A program made the position numbers and the translations under genes. A stretch of DNA of 64,000 bases from Octopus bimaculoides. Taxonomy: Eukaryota. Below the pieces are notes generated by a model. It was not told the DNA's origin. It ran no database searches and worked only from the letters and a program-made list of their open reading frames with translations. Below are positions 12,001-25,689 of the stretch, in pieces. The number at the start of each line of letters is the position of its first letter. Position 1 is the stretch's first letter. Location: NCBI RefSeq assembly GCF_001194135.2, contig NC_068981.1, positions 71,446,360-71,510,359 on the forward strand. Reading direction: 5' to 3'.

Positions 12001-14074
12001 GACAGCAATGGTTAAACTGTAACTTAGAAAATCAACCTAAGATCTACTCCCTTCTCCTACTAACAAGACGGGAAATTATACGAATGGCTACCAATGATCA
12101 TGGTCGGGTACTTGCAAAAGAGAAGCATTTCCGCGAGTCGACGGATACGTAAACAGATTTACCCAATTAATTATATCAACAGACTTTGCTGTTGACCAAC
12201 CATACATAATCACTTTCAATCTCCGAACCAAAAGTCAAAAGCTATTTGTAGTCACAAATAGTAAAGAACTCCTTGCCTTAAATTCCTGGATCAGAATGAG
12301 AACCGACTGTTTACTACCATTTGTATAGTACTTTTGTATGGTTCACATGATGTCATTTATATTCTGTTGTTCTCCATCTAATAAAAGTTTGTAATGTTTT
12401 TTTTTTCTCTTACAGTAGAAGTAATTATTTATTCATCAATGTAAAGCATAGGGTTAAGTTTAAATCCTGTAATAATTTAGTATTCTAGTATTTTGTATTT
12501 ATATTAATGAAAGGGATTTTTTACTCCCATCATCTGTATAAATCTTCTCCGAAACTCATAAACTGAAAGCTCAAGTCTTGTTATGGATAAGTATTCCATA
12601 TTATCATTTCTTTTTTTCCATCATCTGTAAAAGCTTGCTCCGATATCTTTATATCGCATCAATACACCAAAAGAAAATATAGAAGGAATAAAACAACAGG
12701 AGAAGGAAAATAACATGTCACATGACTCATGAAAAATATATTAATGATAATAAAAGTTAAACATCATTCTAAATCAGAGATTAAAAGTGCAAAAACAATC
12801 GTCTCCATTTCTGATTCTAAACGTCGTCAGCGGTGGTGGTGGTGGTGGTGGAATAATACTACTGTACAATAAAGACTAGTTTCATCTTTACTACCCTTTG
12901 AATTAATTTTCCAGATTAAAAACATCGAATTCATTAAACATGTGTACAGGAAAACAACTTTGACTAAAAACAAACTAATAATATAAATGTAATTGTCCAG
13001 GGATTTTACCAATGTTGTATTTATATCAACAGACTTTGCTGTTGACCAACCATACATAATCACATTCAATCTCCGAACCAAAAGCCAAAAGCTATTTGTA
13101 GTCACAAATAGCAAAGAACTCCTTGCCTTAAATTCCTGGTTCAGAATTGTTATATTTTTGTTGGCAATCACTTTCCCTTTTCCCTGCTCTCCTTCATTTC
13201 GTCCGCATTTTTCCTTTTACTTCTTAATCTTTTAAATGTCGTATATATTCTCTCTTTCTTCTTTTTACATTTCTTTTCTTCCATTCTCCTCTTCTTTTTC
13301 CTTATTTCTCGCTTTCACTTGAATCTATTTCTTCTGCTTCCGCGCAGGTTTAAACTACTTTGTTTATAAAACAATAAGACTAGAAAAAGAATTATACATC
13401 TATCAGTAAGTTATTAATAAACAAATATACTTAACTCAACCATATCCAATAAATCGACAGAAGTAACATGTAGTTCATGTAGAAAAGCAAATCTTTCCCG
13501 GCAGTGTACCATGTTAACTCTAGCGCTGATACTGATTTAAATGTCTTCCATTGCTGGTTTCTTCGATGTCACGCTTAGGGTATCACATTTTGGGATCAGT
13601 TCAGTCATGTTTGTTAAACATTCTAGGCCAAGTAGTAATTCTTGGCCTAGCTTTCTTTATCTGCAGTGATTTGTAAATATACAATTGTATTGTACACTGC
13701 ATAGCATGTAAATTAGTCCAAACATGTAAAATAATTTATTATACCTAAAATTATTACATGAGGAAAACTGCGAAACGGCCGTAGTCCTAAGGATAAGAAG
13801 TGATTAAATTAATATATTCACTTCTCGTACCTCCTGACTTTTATAGTTTATATACTCCTCTTAAAATTTCATCGATTGGATCTCATGGATTTCAGCCGCA
13901 TAGAACTCTGCATTAATCTGTATTGGATCATTATGTAGTCTGCTGGTCGAATCCACTAGAGGAGCTTTCTGTGATAGCCATATGATTCTAAAAATGTATA
14001 TATTGCACTACATTTGTATGCATGTTTGTATGTATGTATGTGTTATGCACATGTATCTATCTTTTAAATTATTT

Positions 14075-14330
14075 GAATTCTTCCTCTGAGAAAGGAGTTA
14101 GCTTCTAACAAAGATACAAAGTTCCATCATTAGAACGTAGATAACAAAAATAAAGTCACATTTAAACTTGAGAAAAGTATTGCGTATTTTTACTGATCCA
14201 CTTACAGATTGTATTTGTAATGTGCGTGTTAGTTGGTTATGAACATACATTGGTCTAAAAAAAAGCTCTCCTCTAATGACAAAATACAACAGTAATTAAA
14301 ATAGTCACATTCGGATCACCTGGAACCTAT
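14075..14330 (-). mobile_element. 3' end of an R4/CRE-like RLE non-LTR element
   Basis: LIRTLQIQSVSGSVKIRNTFLKF plus a 3' UTR shared with 19340 and 28040. Confidence 0.75.
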
Positions 14331-14372
14331 GAAGAATAAATATCTAAGTCATCGTTCTGATTCTCACTGCTC

Positions 14373-14408
<36 letters not shown>

Positions 14409-15596
14409 TAATTAATAAATGAAAGTGACATGTCTGCATGAGTTTGCTATACATGTTTTATCGAACATTGAGAAATTAAACGTAAGGTTAACAATAGCTG
14501 GGTTTGAACAGGGAGTGGAAAAGGATGTAATTTAACTATGCAAAATACAATATTTTTAATCCTTCATTCTACCAACCTTGCCCTGTTCTAATAATTCTTA
14601 CTGACACTGTAGATAATTCCCTTTTCAGAAATGTAGTTCAATCTTAGCAAATAATCACACTCCTTAAACTATGAAATTATGAAGTTATTTCAATTAAAAG
14701 CTAACGTGTAGCTGACTGTTTAGTTCTGTTCTTCAACTTTCAGAGTTCAATTTTTTTACTGAAGTCAACTTCACCTTTCAGTTTTCTGAGAGACGATAAA
14801 ATGTCATTCAGTACTGATGTTGACTCAATCGACAAAATATTTTCTTACAAATTGTTGGTTATGTATCGAAGTAAAAAAAATATAATTTACATGGTTTGGC
14901 TGCAGCTGTTTAATTTTGTTTACACTGCTAATACTCACAATAAAAGTACAAACGTCAACTTAATTATATTTATACTCATTCACTTCTTCTGCTTTCTGAT
15001 CCATAAATGTCAAACTTTGTGTGTTATTTTAAATTTTCGTTCTCGTTTTTTCAGACAGAAATATTCATATTATTATATCGAGTAATTCTCGTTCTGTTTA
15101 ATACTAACAGATCATTTACATAGATATTATTTACTTGAAGGGAAAGTTCTTCGAGCTTTATATTTTTGAAATGTTTCTATTGTGATGTAATAATTTTTAA
15201 AAAAATTTTAACGAAAATTCGACTTCATTAATGCTTTTTTTCATTTCATGTCTGTAATGGATAAACAAACACGAACAGTAGAATTTTAAGATTATATCTT
15301 ATCTATTAAATCCCAAACAACATTGAGTTTTTCTCCCACCAGAATGGTAGGCAAACGACGATGTTAGGCTACAGTTCTCAGGCACGCTTCTATTATACAG
15401 TCACGAAATACATCGAAATCTTGCAATTAAATTGCGTGATATCGGTATAAGGTTTTGTCTTAGTATATAAATACTTAAGCACATAAGTCTAAATCCAAAA
15501 ATATATTTGTATTAAAACGAAAACTGCAGGGACCAAGATAACTCGTGATGTCCCAATTCAGCAATTAGTGAGTGTAAACAGTTCGACAGTGTAATA

Positions 15597-15818
15597 CAGG
15601 AATCCCTCGCTATATCGCGGTTCACCTAGAGCGGTTTATTATTCAAGCTTGCGTCGATTCCTCCGTGGTGTTGTTTTGCATTTATAATAAAATGAATATA
15701 TGCAAATTATAAAAATAATACAAAAAATATACAGTACAGTACTGTTTCTACTTCGCGGATTTTCACCTATCGCAGTGGGGTTTGAAACGTAACACCCGCG
15801 ATAGTCGAGGGATTGCTG
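15597..15818. mobile_element. pogo/Tigger-type MITE (222 bp)
   Basis: TIRs caggaatccctcgctatatcgcgg / cccgcgatagtcgagggattgctg; TA flanks at 15595-96 and 15819-20. Confidence 0.85.
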
Positions 15819-15820
15819 TA

Positions 15821-16184
15821 AACGTGGTTGTATGGTAAAGACGCTTGCTTCCCAACCACATGGTTCCAAGTTCAGTCCCACAGCGGGACATCTTGGGCAA
15901 GTATCTTCTACTATAGCCTCGGCTCGATCAAAGTCTTCTGAGTATATTTGGTAGACAGANNNNNNNNNNNNNNNNNNNNNNNNNNNNNNNNNNNNNNNNN
16001 NNNNNNNNNNNNNNNNNNNNNNNNNNNNNNNNNNNNNNNNNNNNNNNNNNNNNNNNNNNNNNNNNNNNNNNNNNNNNNNNNNNNNNNNNNNNNNNNNNNN
16101 NNNNNNNNNNNNNNNNNNNNNNNNNNNNNNNNNNNNNNNNNNNNNNNNNNNNNNNNNNNNNNNNNNNNNNNNNNNNNNNNNNNN

Positions 16185-16240
<56 letters not shown>

Positions 16241-16433
16241 TCACTGTGTTTGTCTCCCCATAGTTATGTAGGCGTGTGTCAGTGTTGACGTCACCATAAC
16301 TTAGCGGTTCAGCAAAAAGAGACCGAGAGAATATGTACTACGTTTAACAAATAAGATTTGTTCGACTACAAACCCTTCAAGGAGGTGCTCCAGCATAGCC
16401 GCAGTCAAATGACTGAAACAGATAAAAGAATAA
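15821..16433 (+). mobile_element. SINE family A (tRNA-like head, internal TA/TG microsatellite), with a gap inside
   Basis: ccaaccacatggttcc..gttcagtccc head and gcagtcaaatgactgaaaca tail shared with 10 other copies. Confidence 0.88.
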
Positions 16434-18078
16434 ACTTCGAAGTCAGAATCATTTATTTAATCGAAATTCGTTTTTTTTAATGTATTTAAATAAACAGCTT
16501 TTTGACATATGTAATGACAGTATATGTAAACAGGGTAAACTTACGAATGAGTGTTTTTAGTAAATACTCATATTTTATTTCGTAATGGAACTTATAGATA
16601 ACGAAGACCTTTGGGTGTTTTCTGTGCCAATTAAGAATTATTGTGTTTTTGCCAGATAACTTTAAAGTCTAAGATTGTGGATCATTTCCAAAGTCCTTAA
16701 TTTATCAGTGTTGCCAGAAAATATTCTGGTAGATTATGAACTACACCGATAGAGAAAGGTATTAAATCGGAAATTTTTGAAATGCAAGGTGAATGACTTT
16801 CTTCCACGCATTCACATGACACAGCAGTTAATCTGTTCAGGAATATTTGTTTGTGATGTAGGTTTTTTTTTTATTTTATGATAAATTATCGCCACTTTTG
16901 TTCGTGTTGTATCTTCAATGTGCGGATTGAACGCGCTCTGTTACTTCAGTTGGAACACAAGGATTTTGAGAGTGAAATTGTTGATAAAGTATGATTGGTT
17001 TGTTTCATCCATTTAATTATTCATTTACCAATTATTTTCTTCTTTTTTTAAATTTTTTATACTTTTCATCATAAACGTTAAAATGAACGAACGACGCAAC
17101 ATTTTCATTTAAACTTCCCATAGCATGAAGGTATTCAACTAACACTTGTAAATCAGTTGACACCACCCCATACACACAAAACCTTGTAAACACACTAACT
17201 CTTACATATACACAAATCTGACTGAAAACTAAATCTAAAAATAACGATTAATAAAGTAACAAATAACAATGGGAGATGTATTTTGTTTGTAATTTCAGTA
17301 TATCTGTTTAGATTTTAGAATAAATTATTCTTAAATGGCAGTCCACGTTATTTAAATTTTCGTTAGTGCTTTGCCGACAAATAAATTTAAATGTTGATCG
17401 GTTTTATATATTTTCAAGGTCTTAAGTAATCTTTTTATGTAAAATAGCAGCAAGATGTCCACTATGTATAACGTATCCGGGCATATTCTAAATTATTTTT
17501 TCCCTGCACATGAAGACTGGCGGCACCATCCAAAATAATCTTTCGTTTAAAAACTATTACAATAAGCTTTTGGCAATTGAAAATAATTCCTTATAATATC
17601 TTGCTTCATAAAATATTATTTTTCCAGCTGCTTTTATTGATTATGGCGAACTGACACAAACGGCAGCGGATCGTGTTAAGCATTTTGCATTTTAATAATG
17701 ATATTTTTGTTCTTGTTTTATGTTGGTTAGAATCTTCCCTTTGTTGAATTTGTCTCTCATTCCTCCATTAATAATATTTGACTGGTAGTTTACCAATTAG
17801 ATACATTGATTGATTCAGTTGACCTTTATGGTTTGAGAGAAAACGTTTGACCTCATTGGTATTCGAATGTAGAATACCAGGGTACTTAGATAAATATTTG
17901 AACAACAAAATGTTTCATGTTTGCAAGAGAGATAACTGTTACAGTACGGTCAGGAAATATGAACGGAAGATAAATGCTGGTAAGAAAACAGATGATATCG
18001 AAACTGTCGAGAGAATCAATGGAGTGCTGGAAGATGATTTCATGAAGTAAGTTCTGAGAACATTGGGTGCTTACAGAG

Positions 18079-18144
18079 GACGTAATAGAACAGGAAGATG
18101 ACGTATTAGAATAGGAAGATGACGTAATAGAATAGGAAGATGAC
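18079..18144. repeat. 21-bp minisatellite, 3 units (GACGTAATAGAAYAGGAAGAT)
   Basis: direct reading. Confidence 0.95.
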
Positions 18145-18537
18145 TGGACACATGCATTGCAAACCAACTATAACCTATATTGACAGGGGTAAAACGGACA
18201 TTAAAGCAATAAAACAAAGAAGCAACAACCAGAATGATAACGGTGGCACTGATTAAAAAATGATCAAGTTATATCTGAAAACATAAGGTGTTAAGTGACA
18301 ATATGGGGATGATTGGACATGTAATGTTTTGCAGCAATGAAAATGGAGATTGAAACAAGAAAAACAATATCGGCCATGGGAATAGTGCGTAATTGTCGTG
18401 GTGGTGACAACGATTGTTATAGTGGTAGTGCTTGTCGTGATGATCGTCGGTGATAGTTGCGTTTACGATAATAATAATGCTAATAATGATAACGTAATTT
18501 TAATATAAAGGAGAGAAAAAAAATAGATAATATATCT

Positions 18538-18672
18538 TGCGGTATTTTATCTCTTTATATTCTGAGTTCAAATCCCACTGAGGTCAACATAGCCTTTCAT
18601 CTCTCTGGGCGGAATAAATAAAGTACCAGTCAAGTACTAGGGTTGATATAATCGACTGTACTCCTCTCCTAG
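18538..18672 (+). mobile_element. SINE family B fragment
   Basis: similarity to the other family B copies. Confidence 0.7.
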
Positions 18673-18694
18673 ATGTGAAACCTCATCCCTATCT

Positions 18695-18915
18695 CACGAG
18701 AGGCTGCTGGAAAGTTTCTGGCTTTAAGGGTATCGCGAAAGACCCGGCTGGAGGCCCAACATTCCGAGTTCTTTTACGGGGCTTAGAAAAATTGAAGGAC
18801 CGTTGCAATAAGTGTCTGAATCTCAGAGAGGAATATGTTGAATAAAATCATAATGAACTGATCCTCCTGTATTTTCTTTTACCCAAAGCCGGGAACCTTT
18901 CAGCACCCCTTCGTA
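18695..18915 (+). mobile_element. Mariner-derived MITE (~220 bp)
   Basis: Imperfect ~30-bp TIRs (cacgagaggctgctggaaagtttctggcttt / aaagccgggaacctttcagcaccccttcgta); internal transposase C-terminus GLEKLKDRCNKCLNLREEYVE*. Confidence 0.8.
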
Positions 18916-19334
18916 GAAACATTTCTTTTTCAATTTTACATTTTTAATATTTGTAAAGTTTGTGCTCTTACAGTTGGATACCGTTCTTATCGGTAACCCC
19001 ACTTTCGAATATAGTTTGAATATAGTTTGTCAATTACGTAAAGACTAAAGTTTCTCAATTACATAAACTAAAGTATGCAGAGTTATGTAACTTACTCAAG
19101 AACACAGACTTGCTGCAGCTCAAGTGATGGTGTAGCGATTCACTGTGGCTCGTCTTTAAACACGTTGTCCCAGATATTGTGTCGCAATACTTACGTATAC
19201 ATACAAACATAAGCATACGTATATGTGAGTGTATGTTTGCGTGTGTTTGTGTATGTATGTATGTATGTATGTATGTATGTATGTATGTATGTATGTATGT
19301 ATTATGCACATATATCTATGTTCTCTTCTGCTGT

Positions 19335-20040
19335 TAATAATTTTAATTCTTCATCTGAGAAAGGAGCTATTTTCTAACAAAGATACAAAGTTCCATCATT
19401 GAAATGTAGATAACAAAAATAAAGTCAAGGTTTAAACTTGAGAAAAAAGTATTGCGTGTTTTTACTGTTCCACATACAGACTGTATTTGTAATGTGCGAG
19501 TTAGTTAATTTCTTTTTCTGAAAACAAAAACTCATCCCGATTGTCACTCACAAAACCAAGCGCACCAATTATTACTGGTGTAAATGGGAATTTATAATCT
19601 CGATATAGAAGAAGGTGGTTTCGAAACAGTTGTTCATAGTTATCCTCTTTCTTTTTGATTTTCAAAGAGATGCTTGCATCAGCAGGACAGCTAACTTCAG
19701 TGACGGTACGTATTTTTCTTATTTGTCCCAAATAACAGTATACGGCCTGTTACGTTTATACTTGACAGATGCTTTGGAATGTTCCACCAGTATTCATTGT
19801 GTTGAATTGTGTGTATGCATTCAATAATAGAGGGTTCTCTATGTTTATTCCAGGCCAACTTTTTTCCGAATAGCATTGTATTTTGTTTTTCGACAACGTC
19901 GTGTCGCATTGTGAGATAGTACCTTGAGGACATTTTTGGGCAGCTGCCAACCACATGTGTAATGCATTCCACAAAAATATGATGCAACAAACTTCCTTTA
20001 ACTAAAAAGCCCTAGATAAGTATTACCCCTGCCAGAATTA
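19335..20040 (-). mobile_element. R4/CRE-like RLE non-LTR retrotransposon relic (CCHC finger + endonuclease + 3' UTR)
   Basis: ITHVVGSCPKMSSRYYLTMRHD; EVSCPADASISLKIKKKEDNY...IIGALGFV. Confidence 0.8.
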
Positions 20041-21904
20041 GAATCCTTATGAAGTACAATTATGCAATAACAATGGATGGTATAATATGAAAAACAAAGC
20101 CACCAGAAACCAAGAAATCAAGAACCTCTTAGTTCGACCCTACGTGAATGAAGAACATGTTACAATTACAAGAACACAATATATAGATGATTCATAGAAA
20201 AAATGCAGCAGCAGCAGCCTAACGGATATTATTATGGTTTAGACACCTGAGTAATACCATTTAATTCGGCAGTGTCATCAGTGTTAAGAACATAAACGAT
20301 GCCTGGGAATTAATAGAAAAGACGCAAGATCGAAACATTAGCACAATATGTCCACTACGTCTGCACCTGCTTAACCTATTTATTATTGCAACTACAAACA
20401 TCAAATCTCAAACATAAACTGTCTCATACCGATAGTAACGAAGCACAAAAATAAATAAAATATTGCATCTAAAACAGAAGTGTCCTCGAAATGGTCATTG
20501 ATACCTCAGTAATTATAGAGATTAAAAGGTAATAGCGTACTAAACTAATTGAACAAAAATTATTGAAGCAAGTCGAAAACACACGTTACCAGTATATAAA
20601 ACGGGAAAAAATAACCGAAGGAAGAATCAAGATAAAATTTCAAATAAATGGGTTAATTAAAGAATATAGACCAATAGACATTGCTACTCCACAGTCTATA
20701 GCATATACTTCAAATACAAAAACTTAATTATAGCGAATCGAACGTAAACTAACGGAATAATATATCTCTAACCAACAGGCTACAATCGTCTTAAAACAAG
20801 GCGGCTTTAAACAATGAGAATAAACCAGTATAGAGCAATATATATTAAATATAAATCTTAATTACAGAAAATATATCTAAACGAATATTTCACCAAAAAA
20901 AACATCTAAACAATATAAAATAATATAAAATTGATTAAAATACCCAATTCCTAACAAAAATGCCAACATATTCAAAACACGAAAATATAGTCAAAGCGAT
21001 CTAAATGTAATCCAGCAGAATTGCGTACTTAACTATCAGGCATCCATCATTTACAGCATGGAAATAAATCAATGTAGACCTATAAATTTTTAAATAAACT
21101 TTAATTACAGAAAATATATTTGAATTAATATTTTCACCTAAAAAAAGCACATATATATATATAAGATTGACTAAAACAAACAAATCGTAATAATTTTTTT
21201 ATTACACAAAATAATATAACACCAGGTGTTGCAAAGAAATTAAGGAAACGCTCAAACTTAACTCTTTATTTAACTGTTGTTCACAAGCAAAAGACCATTA
21301 GTAATCTATAGGCAGAAGTCTACAATTACTCCCTAGTGGAAGCGGCGTTGTACACAATGATACTCATATGACAACCTACCACAAGCTCTAAAACAATGAC
21401 ATTACATTCAACGTTAATTAAAACTAATTATTCTGTGGATCTTTTGTCAGTTATAAACTAGAAATTACTCCATATTTCCTCAAAATTTTACTGTTTTGCT
21501 AAGCAACAGTTAAAACATTTAACTGAAATTCTTTTAACGTAATTTAATTTTTTTTTTTTTTTCATATGTCATTATCCTTTTAATTCTTTACAAAAATACA
21601 TCACCTTCATTTATAATCCTACCGTATCTAATCTAAGGGTCAAGAATGCAATACGAAAATTAAAGTTATCAGTTTTATTATAAATACTCTTTAGCATCTA
21701 AATAGTTAACCTCATTTATCAGGTCACTATTTTTATATTGCTTCGAGATCTTCTGGGTATATTTTTCCGAAGCAAGTATTCAAAATAATTGTTGTTGAGA
21801 ATAAAAGAAAATCACCGATATATCTGCAGCGACCACCAAGTTGTTTGACTAAATCTATCTTTGTCCTGTGTGTAGTTTCTTCTATTGTGAATTTTTTAAA
21901 GTCT

Positions 21905-22224
21905 TCCTCATGGTTCAGTGGTTAAATCGTCCGGTTCACAATCATGATGTAGTGAATTCTAGTCCAGGACCGGGCTGTGTGTTGTGTTCTTGAGCAAGAC
22001 ACTTCCCGTTGCACTTGTTCACTCAGCTGTAGAAGTGAGTTGCGACGTCTCTGATGCCAAACTGATATGGCCTTTGTCTTTCCCTTAGATAACATCGGTG
22101 GCGTGGAGAAGGAATACTGGTATGCATGGGTGACTGCTGGTCTTACATAAACAACCTTGCTCGGACTTGTGCCTTGGAGGGTAATTTTCTAGGTGCAATC
22201 CCATGGTCATCCATGACCGAAGAG
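21905..22224 (+). mobile_element. SINE family D (tRNA head + CORE/Meta-like central domain)
   Basis: A box tggttcagtggtt; cttgagcaagacactt...cactcagctgtagaa central motif; related copy at 60991-61150. Confidence 0.7.
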
Positions 22225-22753
22225 GATTTCCTGTAAGAAGGTGCTGGTTTCTCACAAACATACAAAGTACCATCGCTTGAATATTGAAAATTAAATTCAC
22301 ATTTTCAACTTGCATGTATTTATATGCGTGTATTTGTGCGTGCACGCGCTTGCCTATGTGTGATCACATATAATAAATATATGAATAACGATTGCTTTTC
22401 AATTTCCAACCACTTATACAATTTGTGTGCAGAAGCAATCCGTGGACTGAAGCCGATTACAAGTCATTGATTTTCAATCGATGAAATTACATGCTACGAT
22501 TTACTCTGAAAACACACTTCCATACATATACGCACTGCTATTTTACAACGTCATAGTATAGATTTACGCTTATCTACTTCAGATACAAAGTTTAGATTTA
22601 TACACTATAAAGAAACAAGAAAAGAAGCATCAAAAGCTTATAACGAAATAAACTGATGTAGCCGTTGTTGTTTTCATAATTGTTTTGTTTCATGTCACAG
22701 GAAATCGAGAGATGCAACACACAAGAAACAATTGTTGAACTTTTTTTCTATAA

Positions 22754-22754
<1 letters not shown>

Positions 22755-22813
<59 letters not shown>

Positions 22814-22856
22814 CCATCATCATCATCATCATTGTCATCATTATCATCATCATTAT
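22755..22856. repeat. (ATT)n/(ATC)n microsatellite
   Basis: direct reading. Confidence 0.97.
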
Positions 22857-23420
22857 TAAGGCGGCGATCTGGCAGAGTCGTTAACACGCTGGACGAAATG
22901 CTTAGTAGTATTTCACCCGTCGCTACGTTCTGAGTTCAAATTCCGCCGAGGTCGATTTTGCCTTTCATCCTTTTGGGAGTCTATAAATTAAGTACCAGTG
23001 AAGCACTGGGGTCGATATAATCGACTTATTCCCTCTCCTAATAAAATGGCTGCCCTTGTGGAAAAATTTGGAACCATCATCATCATCATCATTATTATTA
23101 TTATTATTATTATTCAACNNNNNNNNNNNNNNNNNNNNNNNNNNNNNNNNNNNNNNNNNNNNNNNNNNNNNNNNNNNNNNNNNNNNNNNNNNNNNNNNNN
23201 NNNNNNNNNNNNNNNNNNNNNNNNNNNNNNNNNNNNNNNNNNNNNNNNNNNNNNNNNNNNNNNNNNNNNNNNNNNNNNNNNNNNNNNNNNNNNNNNNNNN
23301 NNNNNNNNNNNNNNNNNNNNNNNNNNNNNNNNNNNNTTTCATCCTTTCAGGGTCGATGAAATAAATACTGGGGTCGATGTAATCGACTTATTCTATCCCC
23401 TAAAATTTTTGCCTATAGTA
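22857..23420 (+). mobile_element. Two tandem SINE family B copies (22857-23073; 3' part of the second at 23337-23420 after a gap)
   Basis: the first copy is near full length and ends in an (ATC)n/(ATT)n tail. Confidence 0.85.
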
Positions 23421-23449
23421 AAAAGTGTTGTTGTTGTTGTTGTTTTACT

Positions 23450-23680
23450 TCTCAGAGTGTTCAGTCTTGTGTGCGCTGGTTGATTCTGTAAGGGCGGACA
23501 GCAGTCTCTTGTCAGAGGTCTCACACGGTCTCTTTCCGCACATTATAAGCTTTGATACTTGGCTGTTAATTATCGTGGAAGACATTGAACATCCAAGTAC
23601 CAGTCTCAAAATTCTGCCCCTCCTCAACAGCAGTTTTTGGGGGTCGCTCTGTTCGTCAATTCCCATTTCTCTTAAATATT
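23450..23680 (-). mobile_element. RLE non-LTR element fragment (CCHC finger region)
   Basis: QCLP / IMCGKRPCET...LLSA resemble QDQxLPT..CRMCG..ET..H.LSAC. Confidence 0.4.
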
Positions 23681-23823
23681 TCTCATATAAAATGTCGACA
23701 ATTTACTCGTCGCACCCTCTGTGTGTGTGTGTGTGTGTGTGTGTNNNNNNNNNNNNNNNNNNNNNNNNNNNNNNNNNNNNNNNNNNNNNNNNNNNNNNNN
23801 NNNNNNNNNNNNNNNNNNNNNNN

Positions 23824-23889
<66 letters not shown>

Positions 23890-23899
<10 letters not shown>

Positions 23900-24010
23900 C
23901 GTCTGTGTTTGTCCCCCCCGCCCCACCGCTTGACAATCGGAGTTCGTAACTTTACGGTTTGGTAAAAGAGAGTGATAGAATAAGCACCAGGCTCACTTAA
24001 GTGGTCGGGG
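23890..24010 (+). mobile_element. SINE family A 3' fragment after (GT)n/(GTCT)n
   Basis: gcttgacaatcgg...gatagaataagcaccaggc. Confidence 0.65.
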
Positions 24011-24329
24011 TAACCGTACTTTACTTTTGGTGGGTGGTGTTCCACGGGTTGCCCTTCGATGTTCCCTCCCCCATTGGGGTGTCTTTCTTTTTAAACGTTT
24101 TATAACTGTATTGTTTTTGTTTTTAGTTTGAGTACAGGTTTAAACCCCAATGTTTAAATCATAAAGTCAATCTTCTCTGCCTGGAAGTTTTTATGCAAAG
24201 AGCAGTATATTCATTCAGTATATTTATATTTGTTAAAATGTTGGAAATATACTAAATAAACGAAAAAGGAAACTTTCATTACAGTTTTTTATAAAATTAA
24301 TGAACTAGTTAACTACCTGGTAAGAATTT

Positions 24330-25400
24330 TAGCATAGTTTGAAGTTTAGTAAAAAGAAACTGACTAATGTTAGTGACAGAGAATGAACGGATTTCTATGT
24401 TGAGAATTAAGGAAATTGTTGTTATACGCAATTTTTAGCAACTCTCGTTCACCGAATTAACGTGAAATAAAATTTTCAGGGAAATTATCGAAAACGAATC
24501 CCCAATGTCTATTATTATTGATGCTTCATTAATTTCAAGGAAATCGGTGCTCATAGTTTTTCCCTAAAATATGCATAGACGATTGTTCGACAATGTTTCT
24601 TGATTTGTGAGAATTAAAAGCAACGAAGGCAGAAAATATTTATAATGTGTTCCGATGAACGTTAAATGATGCAAGTTTTTACACAGAACATTTAAAGATA
24701 AATTTAATAGCATTTTATTCTGACGGAGCGAATATCATGCTTGGGCGAAAATTGGAGTTACTACAAGATTAATTCAAGAATTCCCACAGGTTATAATGTA
24801 GCATTGAGTTATTGATTACAAGTTGCTTTAGAGGATGCTACGAAGGAAATCAATGAAATATGCTATTTCAAGAATTTTGGAAACAAGTTTTATGCTAATT
24901 TTTCATGAGCTTAATAGAGGTCAGCTGCAGTTTTTAAAAATTTCTGCAGAACTAGATGTATTAAAATAGCCAACAGTCAATGATGAGTTTCCTAAAACTT
25001 TAAATCTGCTAAAGCAATACGGGAAGATAATCCAATTATTTACAGATTTTTCTTCAAAATAAGTACTTTCGAGGCACGGGAAGAAATGATTAAAAACACA
25101 AAGCATTTTATAAGAGATTTGGCATTAATAATCGAGATTTTGGATGAATTTGCATGATTATTTCCAAGGAAAACAGTCGAGTTTCACAAGAGCAGATAAA
25201 CTCATTAAGCCTACAGTTTTTTTTTTATGCGGTTATAACATCCAGTAAATTTGATATGTATGAAAATATAATTAATGAACTAGCACAATGTGATGTTTTC
25301 AAATGCTCTGGCTTTAAAGAAAACGAAAAGTTTAAGTAACAGCTATAAGAAAAATGAAAATAGGAGTATAATTAATCAATTGTAAGCAAATGAAAATAAC
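24330..25400 (+). mobile_element. hAT transposase relic (KIAA1586/ZNF862-like)
   Basis: EIIENESPMSIIIDASLISRKSVLIV; [35 protein letters not shown]; multiple stops and frameshifts. Confidence 0.7.
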
Positions 25401-25689
25401 ACATACTGTTTAAAATGATAATTTAGGTTTTGATAATAGCCTTAAACTTGTTGAATTATTATGTTTTAGAATCCACTTCATAGAACATTGTAGAAGTCAG
25501 ATGCTTTGGAGAAGAAAATTTGAACGAACGAAATAAAATCTGAAAATTTGAAATTAGCACATAAAATGTTTTACTTTGTGCACTTTCTTGTAATTCTAGA
25601 TTGATATGCAACACAAAGCAGTAGTAACAGTATTGTAATCTACTTAACAACAGCTCTGGGGGACAAACTTTGTTCTGCGATTTGGTGCT

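Noticed and set aside
12795-12835. Minus-strand CTGACGA-cgttt..aatca-GAAA, resembling the 8133 motif
   Set aside because: No helix III, no valid NUH site and no stem I; at most an unrecognisable relic.
16560-17680. Possible piggyBac relic (ggcagcggatcgtg-TTAA end and a Cys-containing remnant)
   Set aside because: Only one end was found and the protein similarity is too weak to call by eye.
17847-18167. Overlapping short ORFs with acidic or Ser-rich repeats
   Set aside because: Explained by the 21-bp minisatellite; the acidic frame contains TAG stops.
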